A stretch of DNA of 64,000 bases, taken from the NCBI GenBank assembly GCA_905178155.1, contig CAJINV010000015.1, positions 186,001-250,000 on the forward strand, read 5' to 3'. The number at the start of each line of letters is the position of its first letter. Within the stretch, counting starts at the first letter, position 1. Below the pieces are notes generated by a model, which was not told where the DNA came from, ran no database searches, and saw only the letters and a program-made list of their open reading frames with translations. Position numbers and translations under genes: made by a program. Source of the DNA: Amoebophrya sp. A120 (lineage: Eukaryota; Protista; Dinoflagellata). Shown in pieces: positions 1-12,000 of this stretch.

Positions 1-3000
1 CGAATGTTGTCTCGGTCGTAGTTTTCTGGCCCATTTTCGTAGATGTCCTTGATTCGTTTGGCCGCTCCATTCTCCGGCTGAAACAAAAAGTCTTGAAAAG
101 CGGGCTCCCCGCTCCCGGAGTTTTCCGCCAGTCGCCCCGCTAACGTGACTGCCGCGGAAATTTTCTTCATACTGGGCGTCCTATTCTTCGGAAAACTGGA
201 TGTGGCATAGGCAAAATCCAATTTCTGTTTCAAATTTGTCATGAGCAAATAAGTAGCTGCAAAAGCGACTTTCTACAAACTTATTTCTGTGTTGCACCTT
301 CACCGCAAGCCAATTTGAATTCGCGTGCGGAGAGAGAATAAAAATGTATCTATTCTGGTATGCTTCTCGATGTTCGTCGTCCTAAATATGCATGAGATAG
401 AAACCACTTTGTTATTTTTCTCGCTAAGCCAACAAGTAGTACGCTTAACTAGTAAAACGCTATGCCACATCCAGTATTTTCTGTAGGATATGCTAAACCT
501 CCTGCGCCGACGTCTCGCAGCTCCCCGGCGACGCCAAAGTTCGGCTTTGCCAAGCTGTGCAACAGGTGGTTCGCAACAGCATTCTCGTGCTGCAGACCCA
601 GGTTCAGGTTGGAAAACTGCGTCAAAAACTGGAACTCGATTTTCACCAAGTTCTGCTGCTGCCCCGTCGCCGAGCTGAACAGCATGGTGTTGTGAATCAA
701 AGTATCGAAACAAAAAAGCTGCAAAGACCTCCCACGAAAGAAGGTCTCCGATCATGCGACAAGACAATTGAAGGGAAAGCAATGAGAAGATGCAAATCTT
801 GCACGGATGGGCAAGCTTCAAGGAAAATCTCGGAGAATCTCCTTGGCCCAAGGAGATTCTCCTGGACCCCCAGGAGAATCTCCTCCCTCCCCTCCTCCTC
901 TCTCCTAATTTTCCATTTTTTTCTTCTTTCTTTTTTTTTCTTTTCTTTCTTTTTCCTTCATTTGCTTCCTTTTCCATCATTTGCTTCCTTTTCCTTCATT
1001 TCCTTCTATTTCCTTCACTTCCTCCCGCTGTCTCGCTCCCCTTCTCCCAAGGAGAATCTCCTTGGCAAGGAGATTCTCCCCGAACGTGGGAGAATCTCCT
1101 TGCCAAGGAGATTCTCATAGCCCGCCAGAAAACCACAAAAGCAGAACTTATCGCCCTTGGACGCCCGGGCGCAGTGCAATGCCAGGGGCGCGGCGCCCTC
1201 TGCGGCCCAAGCCGCACCTTCAAGGGCGGGCGCACTGCCCTATGCGGCCCGACGCAGACGCAAGCTCAAGGGCGCAAGGCCCTACGAAGCCTTTCCCGGG
1301 CGCCCTGCTGACTATGGCGCCGCGCTCGAGGGCGGTTTGCCCCATGCAACCTCACATCAACATCAAGTGCGCTGCCCTATAAAGCCCGAAGAACGGCCGC
1401 AATTTCACGGCCATTTTGCGCGATGTGGCCGGTGCTGGGTCGCAACGAAAAGCAAGTCGTCCCTCGACCGCTTTACCGGCAACTCGCCTCTCAGCCGTTC
1501 GCACCACAGCGCATCAGAGGCAGATCACCCCGCACCCGCTCCGAAGCGACCTCAAAGGCAAACCACCCCCACGACCAACTAGAATCGACCTCAAACGAAA
1601 CACAAATCGCGCCAGGCAAGTCGCACAACAAAAGCTCAACCCCAACCAAGGGCCAGGCGCCCGGCAGCCGCTCAGGCGCTGCATGCTTGCGCGCAATTTG
1701 AAAGGGAGGCCACCCCTCAGCAACTCCAGCGTGATTGCAAGAGCAGCGCGCCCCGGGCTGTTCATCTGGCGCGATTTCAAGGGCGCCCCGCCAAATCGGG
1801 CCCTTTTTAACGGCCGGAACAGCAGGCCCTGCAACTTGCGGCGACCGGCACCCCAGCCACACACTGAGATGGTGACTCGGCAGCAAACCCGTGGACCCAC
1901 GACCCGGGGTAGCCCGAGTACAGCACTCCAAATGCCCACACCCAAGAAGCAAAAACGCGCCCCCGTGGAAAGAATTTTCGCCGGCCAGCCGCGAGCGAAC
2001 GCGTATGGCCCTCGGCGTAGGGCAACGAAGAAGAAGGGCACGCCCGCGGCAGGCGCGCGAAAAAAATTGTGTCGGCCACCCGTGCAAGAAACTAGAAGGG
2101 CGCCAGGTCAAAGCAGTGCAGTGAAGCGGAGGACGGCGCGCGCGCAGGCGCGCGCCAAAAAAATATTTGTCGGTCGCCCGTGCGAGATAGAAACTGCAGG
2201 GGTGCCGGCGCGAAGCAGCGAAGGATGGAGCAGTGCGCGCCGCGCGCGAGCCAACTTTTTGTCAGTCAGCCGCCCGCGCAAGAAACGGCGAGGGCGTTGG
2301 CGCGAGGCAGTGCAGGTTGGAGCGCGCGCAGCGCGCGCGCGAGAGAAAATTTTTGCCGGCCAGCCGTGCAAGGTAGAAACCGCCAGGGCGTTGGCGCGAA
2401 GCAACAAAGTATGACGCGCGCGCAGCGCGCGCGGGAAAAAAAAATTTTTTGGTCGCTCGTCCAAAATAGAAACCGCCAGGGCATTGGTGCGAAGCAACGA
2501 AGGAAGGGGCGCGCGCAGCGCGCGCTGCAAACAAAAATTTTTTTGGCCGCCCGCGCAAAATAGAAGCCGCCGGACCGTTGGCGCGAAACAGTGGCGGACG
2601 AAGCGCGCGCAGGGCAGCGCGTGCGCGAGAAAAATTTTTGTCGGGTATCCGTGCAAGATAGAAACTGCGCGTGCGCTGGCACGACGAGTCGAAGGATGCA
2701 GCGCGCGCAGCGCGCGCCCGAAAAAAATCCGCCACCCGCGCAAGAAAGTACAAGGTCACTGGCGCGGCGCAACGAAAAATGGCGCGCGCGCAGCGCGCGC
2801 GATTTTTTTCTGACCACCCGTGTGAGAATAAAACTGCAAGGGCGCTGGCGCGAAGCGACAAGGGATGGGGCACACGCACCGCGCGCGCGAAAAAAATTTT
2901 TGTCGGGCCCCCGTGCAAGAAACTGCAGGGGTGAAGGTGTGGCGCGCACGCAAAAAAATTTTGTGTGGCACCCACGCAGGAAACAAACTGCAAGGCCGCT

Positions 3001-6000
3001 GACGCGAAGCAGAGAAGGGTGCGGCGTGTGTGCGAAAGATTTCTGTCGGGTACCCGTTCAGGCAACTGCAAGGGCGCTGGCGCGAAGCAGCGAAGGGTGG
3101 AGCGCGCGCCGCGCGCGCGAAAGAAGTTTTTTTTTGTCGGCCGGCCGCCCATGCAAGAATGAAAGCGCAAGGGCCTCGGCGCGGCGCAACGCAGTGTGGA
3201 ACGCGCGCGGCACGCGCGCGACTAAAATTTTTGCCGTGCGCACGTGAAAAAAAGCGCAAAGCCGTCGGCGCGAAACAACGACGAGGAACGGAGCACGTGC
3301 TGCGCGCGGGCGGAGGCAATTTTGAAGGTCCGCGAACGAAGGCGCAGGGCCGTCGGTGCGAAGCAACGACGGGCAGAGCGTGAGCGGGTGCGGCGCGCGC
3401 GCGAAATAAAAAAAGCCGTTGCGACCGCGACGGTGCAGGAATTTGAAGCGCAGCGCCGTCGGCGCAAAGAAAGAGGGGACGCAGCGCGCGCTGCTCGTGT
3501 GCGGAGCAAGGTCTTTGCTCTGCAAGGCCCGGGACTACATGCGAGTAGAAAAAGCCGGCTCTTGCTGTCGGCCATGCAAACCGCACAGCCGAACCGGCTA
3601 CAAAGGGACCCACAGGCAGGGGCACGCGCGCAACGCGAAAAGTTCTTTGCTTTTTTGCTAACCATTGGCGACTGGGTCGCGCGCAAAAGTAGAAGCTGTC
3701 GCGTTCTGTTCAGTTTCAAAGACGCAAACACCGAACAAAAGAAATGCCGCCAGCACCGCGCCGCCGGGAGCCAATCAAGAGGAGAGCTGCTGCGCGCCTG
3801 CGCGCGTTTTGTATGTAAGGACGGAGCGAAGCCTGGGCTGATGCTGCAGCAAGGCTGGCGCCACACGGGCGGGGCAGGCGGGCGAAGGGCAGGACCAAAA
3901 AGTCTTCCGCCCCCGGTGCGCAGGCGGGCCGGGGGCTCTTGGTGGCAACGGTCAGCGCGCACGTAGTTTGGCCCACGCTCATCCCTTCATCTTGCACGGG
4001 CGCCAGCGCTCGTCTTGGTCTACTATTTCTTTCTATGCTAATATGAGCATGAAGCTCGACGCCAGTTCATAATCTAAATTTTATGGGGGGGAATCTCCTT
4101 GAGGGAGAATCTCCTTAGGCCGTCGGTAGAATTTCCTTGAGATTTTTTTTTTTCCAACATAATATCAACAAGGGGAAAATAAAATCGGGCATATTTCATT
4201 TCGACTACTACGTCGACAAATTAATGGGAAATGCTTGTTTAAACGATTCATCCAGGCGGCTCCAGAGCTACATCATCGACGCGTGTAATAGAAATGCATT
4301 GGCCGACCGGCATCACAGATGGGTTTGACCAAGAAAATCCATAATCATGCAAAGCCGTATTTTTGCTTTCCAATCCAATAATTTGTCTCGCGCTCGTCCT
4401 TGGGGGTAAAAATCTCGTTCATTTTTCATACAAATTCCGGAAGATGAAATCCTATGAACTGCAAAAGTAGTAACGTACTACGTATAAATAGCATCACACA
4501 TTCTCTCAGGATTAGAAATGGAATTTCTAATGCTGTTTTGCCTTAGGAAGAAGATCTGTCATGCGTGTTTGCAATTAGTACGAGTACGATACTTCTGCAC
4601 TGCATAATTCCTGTTGCTGTAGCTGCCCGTGGGCAGCAGTGGACGACGAAGTAGGTGGATGTTGGCAGAAGTCGCCCGTCTGGTGCGTTGCCTGTCCCTG
4701 GCCCGCCGTACCACTGGCACGACCCGGCGTGCAGAGTAACACCGGCGGGATGATAGCGTTCAAATAGTTCTCGTTGGGCAGTTATCAAGCGTAAAAATGT
4801 CTGGGTCTGGAAGGTTGGAAGTTGTAATGCAGGTTTTCCATGACTCGTTAGGTCTGGAATGCGGGACCTAGCAAGACAGAGTCTGTGAGGTCTCTGTCAT
4901 GCCTCTCCTGCATGAGAAACTCCCTCCCAACTTGGTCGAAAGTGGGCAGCTTTTGGCACTCATGCAACACAGATGTCTGCATGATTCGGATTTAGCATGA
5001 CAAGTTGCAATCTTCCCGACCCAGACATTTTTACATTCAATAGCAGTTGCACGGCGTTCTCGCTGTGGCGAATGCGGTTGAAGTCGCCGAATTTTGCCAG
5101 CTCCTGCAGGGTATCCTGTGCAAAAGTATCGTACTCGTATAAATGCAAGTCTTGCATTACAAATCTTTTTCTTAAGGCAAATCCGCATGACAAATTTTAT
5201 TTCTCATGCTGAGAAAATTTGTAATGCATTTATACGAGTACGATACTTTTGCAGTTCATACAGGGATTCGTCCACGGAGAGCATGCCCTGTACCTCCTCC
5301 TGGTGCTTCTTCGCCTTCAGAAAGTTGGCCAGCACGGGCTTGACGAGGTGCTCAAAGAACCGCACCGCGATCACATTGCCCAGTTGCTGCGAAACCGGCT
5401 TCACCGGCACGTTGCCCGCAGTGGTAAGTGTGGAAGTAGTTGTAGCGGGGTGCGATGCACCTACCGCTGCATTTTTCGCAGGCGTTGACGATGAAGCGAG
5501 GTCTTCCTTCGAGAGAACCGTGTGGAGCTCGTGCGCCACTGGGCCCAGCAGGTCCGTTTTGAAGGATTCGAGCTGGAGCTTTAAACTGTCAAGCTTCTTC
5601 TCATTCTTTTCGGTCTTGATGGACCTGCTCGTGGTAGACGACCTGGAAGTGGAGGTGGCTGCTGCGTCCCGTATCAGCAAGAACAATCCTCCCCCTCGAC
5701 CCAGTGACATGCTGGAGAATGTGTGATGCGGATGTGATGTGTGTAGTACAAGAAGTCACGACTTTGTATTGCAGCAAGCCAGCGGCAGCGGCCTACGCAG
5801 ATAGAGATACTTCGGCTTCGCCTGTGTAGCAACTAGAACTCTGCCCGTTCTTTCGGCATGACAATAAAACAGGAACGGAAGGAAACTCGCGTATAAAATG
5901 CAATGAAAACAAGCAGTCGCTTGTCTTTTATGCAAGAATACCAAGCGACTTTTACTTGCGCCGCACCCAAACAAAGCATGAGTATCACAAGTCGCCTATA

Positions 6001-9000
6001 ATAATTGAGCACCATAGCAGGGCATCAACGAGGAGGGATCATTCTTCCTCATCATATCCCGGCTGCCGTTACCGGTCGCTTGGTGTAGCAGTTCCCGGGC
6101 GGCCGTCAGTTCTTTGTTCACCGCTTGGACCCGTTTTTCGAGAACGGCTTATCGAAAGGAAAGATCCCCCCTCCCCATATCAAAACGGAAATTTGTGATG
6201 CTGAAACGGAAATCTGTAATGCTGATTTGTGGCCACAGATCAGCTTTGTATTGCAGAGAGGCATGGCGGCCAGATCCCCAGGCTAGGTAGGGGCGTATGG
6301 GTCTAGTTGTTCAGCATGGCAAACGGCTCCCCTTTAGGCCTAACAGCATGACAAATCGCTTCCATAATGGGGCGGAAGCTTCTGCCCTTGTCTTCTTGCA
6401 AGACAGATGTGATTTGTAACCTCAAATCCGGAACACAAATTTTTGTTGACATACCTTTTCAATATGGGGAGGGGGAGTTTTTCCTTTCAATACGGCTTGG
6501 CCCTTCTTTTCCAGCAGCTCGTACACTTTCGCGCGCAGCGACTCCTATCAAATGCAAAAATGTCTGGGTCTGGAAGGATGCAAGGTTTGTCAGGCACATT
6601 CTGCATGACTCCTGAACCTGATCGATGTGTGATGCATGCCCCAGCATCACAGATTTTGTGAGGGCTTCCTTATGTCTTTACCGCATGAGAAATGCCCTCT
6701 CGCCGTGGCAAAAACTGGACCTCTTTTGCTCTTCATGCAATACAGAGCTTTGTAGAATCCAAGTGCAGCATCACAAGTTGTAGCCTTCCAGACCCAGACA
6801 TATTTGCAATTCATAACTCCACGGCCGTCACAAATTCCGCCTCGGTATAGCCCGCAAGCCGCCCGTTGGTCGTGTCGTACGCATCGAATTTCGTGTTCGC
6901 TTTCGGTTGCAGTCGCTCCGCCCGGTTCATCTCGTCCCGTCCTCCCGGCTCCCCGTCGTCGGCTTCATTTACCTTTTCCATGGAAATCAGCTCCGCATGC
7001 TCCCCTGCGAAGATGTGCTGTGCGAACTGCTCCTGCAAGTCGGTCCACATCTCCAGCGTGAGCTCTATCCTGAGTAAAAATGTCCCCACCCCAGAGTTGT
7101 CATGCAGATCTGCATGCCGAAAAAGTTTCTCATGCGGACTTCCATGCGAGCCATTTTCTATTCGCGTTGTGGAATTTGTGACGCTAGAATCAGCATGCTA
7201 CGCGAGATCTGTGATGCTTCTGAACTAGCGAAACAGGATTACACTAGGTGGGCAAACTTGTCATGCCAAACAACCAAAGCTGGTTGATTTGTCTAGCAGA
7301 TTTCCCACCATGCCTCTGGTGTGGGCGGCACGTTTTTAATCAGGATAGGCTCCGTTTCTTTCTTTTCCTCCTCGACCACTTGTTGGGCTGCCGTCGAGGT
7401 GCCGGTTGTTGTAGTACCCGAGGACGCGGCACCACCACCCGGACTTTCACTTTGCTGCTGCAGTTTCTTCAGGTCTTTCTTCAATTCCCGGACTTTTTCG
7501 TGGATCTTGTCCTTTCCCAAGGTCACGATCTGCCGCAACTGACTGGCGGCGGCGTTCCCGCCGAAGGGGTACAGCCACCGCCCAAAGCTGGACAACAGTT
7601 GCTCGAGTTCCGTTTTCAATTCTTGAAACTGCTTCCTTTCGCTCTCTATCAAAGGCAAAAGTGTCTGGGTCTGGAAGATTCTGAGACTTGTCATGCACGT
7701 ATTGCATGGGCCATGATGTCTGTGATGCATGCCCTAGCATCACAGACTTTTTGAGGGCTTCGTGATACCTATTCCGCATGACAAATGCCCTCTCCGCTTA
7801 GCCAAAATTGCATTCCCTTTGCTGGTCATGCAATACAGATTTTTTTGGAATCCAAATGCAGCATCAGAAGTTCGGATTCTTCCTGACCCAGACATTTTTA
7901 CATTTTATACTCTCCAGCAGACTGCGCTGCTCCTCGTACGCCTCCTGTTTGTCCATCACTCTCTTGATGCTTGAATGGGCTTTGGGATTGAAGCTTGTGT
8001 CCTCGGTTTTCAGCGATTTTGCCAAAGGGCCGCTGAGGCTGGCCAGGGTTTGCTCGGCGACGACGAGGATATGTTTCTTATTCTTTTCCTTATATTTCTC
8101 CTTAGTTTCAGGCGACTTTAGCGATTCAATTTCTGCAGTATATCGCTCATGCATCTTCTTCCGCACATCCTCGACCAGATCGGTGAAATCATCACGCTCA
8201 GCTGCGACCTCGAAGTCCTTGAGCGGCGAATCCCTCCAGATCGTGTCGATGTCGGTCTTTAAGACAGTTAGTTCGTATTTGTGGGGATTATTTCTGGCGC
8301 TAGACCACTCCTCGGCCAGCCTGGTTTTCAATTGCGTGATCGTCACCCTCAACTTTTGGGCCTTGACGCCGGACACCTCGTTTCGCAAGATTTGCTTCTG
8401 TTCGTCGATCTTTGCACTCAGCTCCGCCGGCAGCTTTTCCTTCAGCTCGACGTCCAAGTGCCCGATCTGTTTTTTCAGCCTCCTTAACTGCTTGTTCACT
8501 CGGTCATCCAGCACCTGCTGCACCGGCTCGGCCAGTTTCGCACGAAAATACGTCAGCAGTTTTCCCGGGCGGAAGAGCTTGGTGATTTTTGCGGCGGGCA
8601 TAGAAGTTGTAGTACTTCTACCCAGCTGCCCACTAACAACTTGTTCTTCTCCAGTCGTACTAGTTCTGGCGAGAACGAAGGCCTCTCCGCCGGACAGCTC
8701 GTGCGGCTTTAACAGCGCCGCCTCGTTCAACTGGAATGTGGTTGCGCTGGTGTCCGTGTAGTCGCGCAAAAGGGCGTCAACGTCGCAGCTGTGGACCTTT
8801 TCCAGCTGCTCCAGCCGCTGCGACCACTCCACCGAAGCTCTAGAAGTTGTACCAAACACGTGTTTCAGGTTCAGTGCCAGAGAATTATCCAGCAATTGCT
8901 CCACAAACCCGCGCATTTCCGTCATTCGCGCAGAGCCCCGGAGGTCACGCGGGTTCGCGGCTGTGTGATCCACGTAGTATTCTTTGCCGATCGACTGCTG

Positions 9001-12000
9001 CAGGTCCTGCTCGACGTCGGCGAAAGCCGAGTGCAGCCCCGACTCAATGCGCTTTGTCGTTTTGACCACCCCGGTCGTGTAGTCCTGCAGAATTTGCTGC
9101 ATCGCGTGCCCCTCTTTCCGCACGTTTGCCAGGTGCATCCGGATCTCCTTCAATTTCATAGCCTTTTGCTCTTGTTTCTGTGCGTACTCGGGCGTAGTTT
9201 CTCGATACTGCTTTTCTTTCTGCCAGTCTGAAAGCCGCTTGTAAATCTGCGGCGCTTCGATCTTGAAATCCTCCTTGCTAGCGAGGCTTTCCGTCAGCTC
9301 TTTGCCCTCGGCCGCGAGGTACCCGGCACGGTTGTGCAGCCCCGTGCTGGTACTGACGAGCAGTTGTTGCTCGAGGGTTTCTTGCACCACCTTGGAAATC
9401 TTCGCCAGAATGTCCCCCGCCTGTGCGGGGAAGATCGACAGCGTCTTGCTCGATGTAATTTCAGTTTCACCTCCTGGAGCTGCACCGGTTGATGTACCGC
9501 CAGCATCTCCTCCGGATGAACCACCGAGAACTTCTCCCTGCCCTACTGTTGGAAGAGCGGGAGGCTTATTCATGAGTGCCACCAACGGCAAAGACGCTGC
9601 GCCACTGCCGCGCGTGGAGATCGCTTCCTGGCTTTGCTGGATACTGTCAAACACGTTTTCGTCTTCTTGCTGCAGCGACACAACAGCTGATTCATCTGGT
9701 CGTGTGGTCTGCTTGTAGAACAGACTGAACACGGACAATGCGCCGGGCGGGGTGGCCCCCCGCCCTGGATTGCGCTTACTTTCCAAGTCGGAGATCCTCA
9801 GTTCCCAGTTCTGAAACAACTTTGTTGGCGTGATAGTATTGACACCAGGAAGTTGTAGATGCGCTAAGCCGGTTGTAGTCGTACCAGCCGCACTAGTACT
9901 AGGTTGTTCAGCATTTTCAACTCCCATGGGCGTGTCCACGTCGCTGCTCTCGCGCAGAAGCCGTTGCAGCTTGTTGTTTCGGTTCATGGACGCCCGGCGA
10001 ATCGCGGCGTACACCTCCATCTGCAGCTTGTCATTCCGGCTCTTGAAGAGACCCTTCAGCTGCGCGTGGCTCTTCGAGGCTTTCGTGCTTCTCAGGCTCT
10101 TTTCCAGCCACCGGTCGAAGGGCGAAGACCTCTTTGTTTTTTCTTTTTTCTTGTTCTTCTCCTTTTCCTCTTTCTTCCGCCGCGCTTCGGCTGAAGCAGA
10201 GCCCTCAAGAGCCCCGCCCTCGCCTTCCCGAACTGCCGCCCCCGGGAAATCCGACGCGGCTGGCGCCGCGCCGACGCTGCTCCGTTGCTTCAGGCTCGTC
10301 AAATACTCGGCGGTATGCCCATGCGCATCGTACTGCAGCAGTTCACAGGCGTAGGCCCACCATAGTTCTTGACCGTAGCGGCCGCCGCCTTTCACTTGAT
10401 CAAGGTTCACGCCTTGTCTTCCTTTATTCCAACTGTCCCGGTGCTCTTCTCCGCTTGCAGCGGACGGGGAACTCGAGGGATCGTAGAGGCTTCTAGACCT
10501 AGTTTCCGGTGGACTACTTAGCCTCGGTGCCGGCGGGACGAATTTGTAGTTTCTCAAACAGAAGTCCCGCAACAACATCTATCCTGTGTAAAAACGTCCC
10601 CACCCCGGAGCTGTAATGCAAATGCGCAAGGCCAAGGACAGGAATCGATTTGTAATGCGCAGCTCCATGAGAAGCATTTCCAATCGTGTTTTGGAATTTG
10701 TAATGCTGTAAACAGGATGAGAAAGTGGCTTTCTAATACGGCTTCCCTTGCTATTAACCAGAACTACACTGCAGAGGCAAACCTGGCATGCGCAACTCCC
10801 AAAACTTGGAGACTTGTCTAGCTGATTTCCCATGTTGACTATGGGGTGGGGACGTTTTTGCTCAGGATAACATCGGCGCCGGATTCAGTCTTTTTAACCC
10901 TGTGTTTTCCTTGCCTTCGCCGAAGACGACACCATTCGTACTCAACATTTCCCCACTGCTCGGGCTCTTGCTCGACAGGATCAGTCCCTGCAGTCTCAAA
11001 GCCGCGAAGGACTCCAGCGACGCGACCAGGTGCACATTCGTCGGACTCTCGAAGAGCCGGTCTGCGGTCGTGCCGGGTTGGGAGGTCTGGCGGATGCCGC
11101 CAGCTGTGCTGAAGATCAAGTTTCGGTTTTTCTGGCTCTGCTGCACCTCGTCGCGCGCCTATCAAATGCAAAAACGTCTGGGTCTGGAAGAATGCAAGAT
11201 TGATTTGTCATGCATAGTTTTCATGACCCATGATGCCTGTAATGCATGAATTGGCATCGCAGACTTTTAGAGGTCTTCCTGATGCACCTTCCGCATGACA
11301 AATGCCCTGTCCGTGCAGCACAAACTGTACCGCTCGTGCTGGTCATGCAATACAAATTTTTTCACAGTCCAAAAACAGCATGACAAGTTCCAATCTTCCA
11401 GACCGAGACATTTTTGCAATTCATAGCGCCAAACGCAAAACCAAAGTGCCCCCGTTCGTGGGGTTCAATGTAGAGGTTGAAGAAGATATCAAGAGGAAAA
11501 ATCCCCCCTCCCCATATCGAAACGAAGTTTCTGATGCTGGATTTCCGTACACAAATCAGACCTGTCTTGCAGTAGAGGACTGCAGGCATATGCCAAGCCT
11601 CGGCCGAGAGGTTTTGACGTAGGCGCCTAGCATGAAAAACGTGTATGCTCTAAGCCCAACAGCATCACAAACCGCCTGCAACCTGCAGGAGGCTCTCTGG
11701 ACTTGCTTTCTTGCAAGACAGACAAGATTTGAGGTCACAAATGTGCATCACAAATTTTCAGACGGGTCGTGCGTTTTCAATATGGGGAGGGGGGATTTTT
11801 CTTTGCGATAGACGAGCGGCTTTGGTCCTCGTCGTGGGCCCTACTCACGACGTTCTTATTTCTCGCGGTTTGGAGGTGTTCCGCATCAAAGTAGTATCAA
11901 ATGTAAAAGCGTCTGGGTCTGGAAGAGTGCCAGACTTGGTTGGTTGGTTGGGTAGCGCCTGTCGCCGGTGCAGGTCCCGCCCTCCATCGATTGCGATCCG

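Larger units (their letters stand above)
703..4430. other. Candidate 3.7-kb non-canonical intron
   Basis: TAT-N7-AAAAA start, ATA end, DR caaag/caaat; join FRNL|IHNTM in frame; terminal IR poor. Confidence 0.6.

Noticed and set aside
981-3997. Many 130-330 aa Arg/Ala-rich ORFs
   Set aside because: They overlap in several frames on both strands of a GC-rich satellite and have no recognisable domain.
5204-5710. Independent gene starting at ATG 5710 after a CAG acceptor-like site, with an upstream gene ending at TAG 5996
   Set aside because: Both the ATG and the stop lie within a TAT..ATA segment flanked by perfect tcccg repeats whose removal fuses the frames. Not fully excluded without RNA data.
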